Positions 38,352 to 40,236 of a stretch of 40,236 nt of DNA are shown piece after piece. The first letter of the stretch is position 1. The number at the start of each line of letters is the position of its first letter. The stretch comes from a virus, in IMG/VR virus record IMGVR_UViG_3300037196_000123, positions 1-40,236 of that record; one strand, 5' to 3'. Below the pieces are notes generated by a model that was not told the origin of the DNA, did not search any database, and saw only the letters and a program-made list of their open reading frames with translations. The translations under genes and the position numbers were made by a program.

Positions 38352-40236
38352 TACAGCTTCCTAGTAGTTCTCGTCTTGATTTCAGCCATCGGATTTCTCC
38401 TGATGGTTTCTTGAGTTTGTTCACTCGGTTCAGGCTTGGGAGGAGATACCTGAATCCCAGCCATACCCAAGAGTTCCGAGATGGTATTCGGATCCAACTT
38501 GCCGCTGAGACTGACCTTCGGGGCAGCTGGAACAGGTTTGGCGAACTTTTCAGCAAGCTCCTTGTTTGCCTTCCAATAGAGCAAAATGTTTGTAAACTTG
38601 GCCCAATTCTGCTTCATCTTAGGATCGGGATTGTTGCCATCTTCTTTTGCCGCAGCTCTGCGAATCTTCCTGAATTCGGGTTTCTGCATGAAGCTGAACA
38701 AAGTAGCAGTGATGGTGGCATAGTCGACACTCTGGTCATCTGGAACTTCTACTGAAGGAAGATACTGAGGAGTCCCATCCAGCTGCTTCTTGACCTCACC
38801 AACTTTTTGCTCCAGTTGCTGACCTTGCTCGGTATCTTCCGGATGAAGTCTTCCCTCTTGAGCAGCCTGAGTTGCCAGCTGCTTGGCCTGTTCATGAACC
38901 TCGCTCATTTCCCGATACTGGCGGTTCAATTCGTGCCACTGTGGATTTTCAAGAGGCTCGGACTCTAGAAGGATTTCAACAGTCTCCATGGCTCCATCTT
39001 CCGAATCAGCTTCATCAACCGTGATGACGTCATCCATGTGCAGCCCATTGATGATCTCACGAGCATTGCTCGGAGTTCCCACGATGGACTGAATCTGTTG
39101 ACTCGAATTTGCCATTTCGAGGATCTGCAATATCTTGGCTTCACGTTGGGCACCCGACTCTGGGATTCCATTAATCGTCTCCGCCTTGCACTTGAAGTTA
39201 CCCTTGAGATTCTCAGGATTGACAGTGATATCACCATATTCCGAAGAGTTGCTGGAGATCTCCGTATTTCCGTTGTCTGCACAGCATCTGACGGCCTGTG
39301 AGCACGCTTCGGCAAACATCTTGTTGGATACTAGCCATGCAGTTCCGATGCGCTCCAAAGCCTGCTGAAGACGGATCTGTGTTGCACCAACCGTGTTGTC
39401 TGCTCCTTCACCGCCTCCAAACAACGCTGGTGTTCCTCCGTCAATGGACTGGATGAGTGGTCCTAGATACCACTGCAGCATTTCACTGAATCCCGGAATC
39501 GGTTGAGGAGTGGGAGTCTGTCCCACGATGGATTGCATCGTCTGCTGGTTCGCTGTATCGAGTGCTACTTCAACGAATCTTGTAGTGCTGGCTTCTAGCT
39601 TCGACATTGCCTCAGCATCGAATGCTTCCGACTCCAGCAGTCCGATCGGAATAGATCCTCTGACATACTTGTCCCAAAGATCCGCCCAGATGTTGATCCT
39701 CTTCTGAATCGGGATATCAGACGATCCAAGAGCGCGGCGATCCTGTCCAAATCCTCTAGAGTACATTCCCATAGACAAGTGGTCGTCCATTGATTCCGTC
39801 CAGCAACAGACGAATTCAGGTCCAGCCATGACAATGAAGATGCCCTTTGAGAACTCTTTGAGGAAGAACTCACGCTGACTTGCCTTCACCTTATCGTCGT
39901 AGAAGATACCAACACGATACCAGGTGTAACCCATAGTGCATTCACGGACACCTGCTGTACCTGTAATGTAACGACCCATCATACCAAGGCGAGTGTTGAT
40001 ACGAGCAATACGCTCAAACTCCAGTTCACCCGCTGTGCCCCACGACGGCTTGATCTTGTTACCCATCCACGGATATGCTGCACGTGCGATGGCATAGTCA
40101 ACTTCTTCGTACACCTGAGCGTAGGAGGCCTGGTCGAGACGGTCAACCATCATCGGGAGTTTGGACTCTAGAACTCCGTAGATGTTGGATACCTCAACAA
40201 TCTTGGGATCTCCCTTGTCGTTCACACCAAAGCGAG
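38351..40236 (-). CDS. portal protein, C-terminal part (continues from 755..1 through the junction)
   Basis: The 624-aa track ORF begins at a GTG that is an internal Val codon of the longer frame. See the feature at 1..755. Confidence 0.7.
   Translation of the reverse strand, partial: RFGVNDKGDPKIVEVSNIYGVLESKLPMMVDRLDQASYAQVYEEVDYAIARAAYPWMGNKIKPSWGTAGELEFERIARINTRLGMMGRYITGTAGVRECTMGYTWYRVGIFYDDKVKASQREFFLKEFSKGIFIVMAGPEFVCCWTESMDDHLSMGMYSRGFGQDRRALGSSDIPIQKRINIWADLWDKYVRGSIPIGLLESEAFDAEAMSKLEASTTRFVEVALDTANQQTMQSIVGQTPTPQPIPGFSEMLQWYLGPLIQSIDGGTPALFGGGEGADNTVGATQIRLQQALERIGTAWLVSNKMFAEACSQAVRCCADNGNTEISSNSSEYGDITVNPENLKGNFKCKAETINGIPESGAQREAKILQILEMANSSQQIQSIVGTPSNAREIINGLHMDDVITVDEADSEDGAMETVEILLESEPLENPQWHELNRQYREMSEVHEQAKQLATQAAQEGRLHPEDTEQGQQLEQKVGEVKKQLDGTPQYLPSVEVPDDQSVDYATITATLFSFMQKPEFRKIRRAAAKEDGNNPDPKMKQNWAKFTNILLYWKANKELAEKFAKPVPAAPKVSLSGKLDPNTISELLGMAGIQVSPPKPEPSEQTQETIRRNPMAEIKTRTTRKL
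40110..40236. repeat. terminal overlap, identical to 1-127
   Basis: Direct comparison. Confidence 0.95.

Overview
The window is a complete, circularly closed phage genome. Bases 1-127 are identical to 40110-40236, so the unique length is 40,109 bp. About 38 kb is transcribed on the minus strand. A short divergent plus-strand early cluster lies at about 10.1-12.3 kb.

Modules in minus-strand transcription order:
- Early and replication genes: small ORFs, a DnaB-family helicase, an initiator protein with origin iterons inside its own gene, and a Toprim primase.
- Packaging genes: terS, then terL, which is interrupted by an intein.
- Head genes: an 837-aa portal that spans the contig junction, a histidine phosphatase, scaffold and major capsid protein.
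- A GroES-like co-chaperonin and an orphan NUMOD3 protein.
- Podovirus-like particle genes: a 1688-aa protein, three internal-core-like proteins and a 1319-aa tail fibre/depolymerase.
- A membrane-protein lysis-like cassette.

I could not recognise a DNA polymerase, RNA polymerase, integrase or endolysin.

Most unusual signals:
1. Two homologous about 110-nt intergenic elements. Each is a terminator hairpin followed by exactly 12 phased GUCNN pentamers on the sense strand. This resembles the binding site of a TRAP-like ring RNA-binding protein.
2. A 73-nt circularly permuted tRNA-shaped element with a GAAA-capped acceptor stem, lying between the scaffold and capsid genes.
3. A terL intein that carries a free-standing HNH endonuclease ORF in a different reading frame, with the intein frame still open across it.

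All protein calls rest on motifs read by eye and on gene order. No database search was possible.
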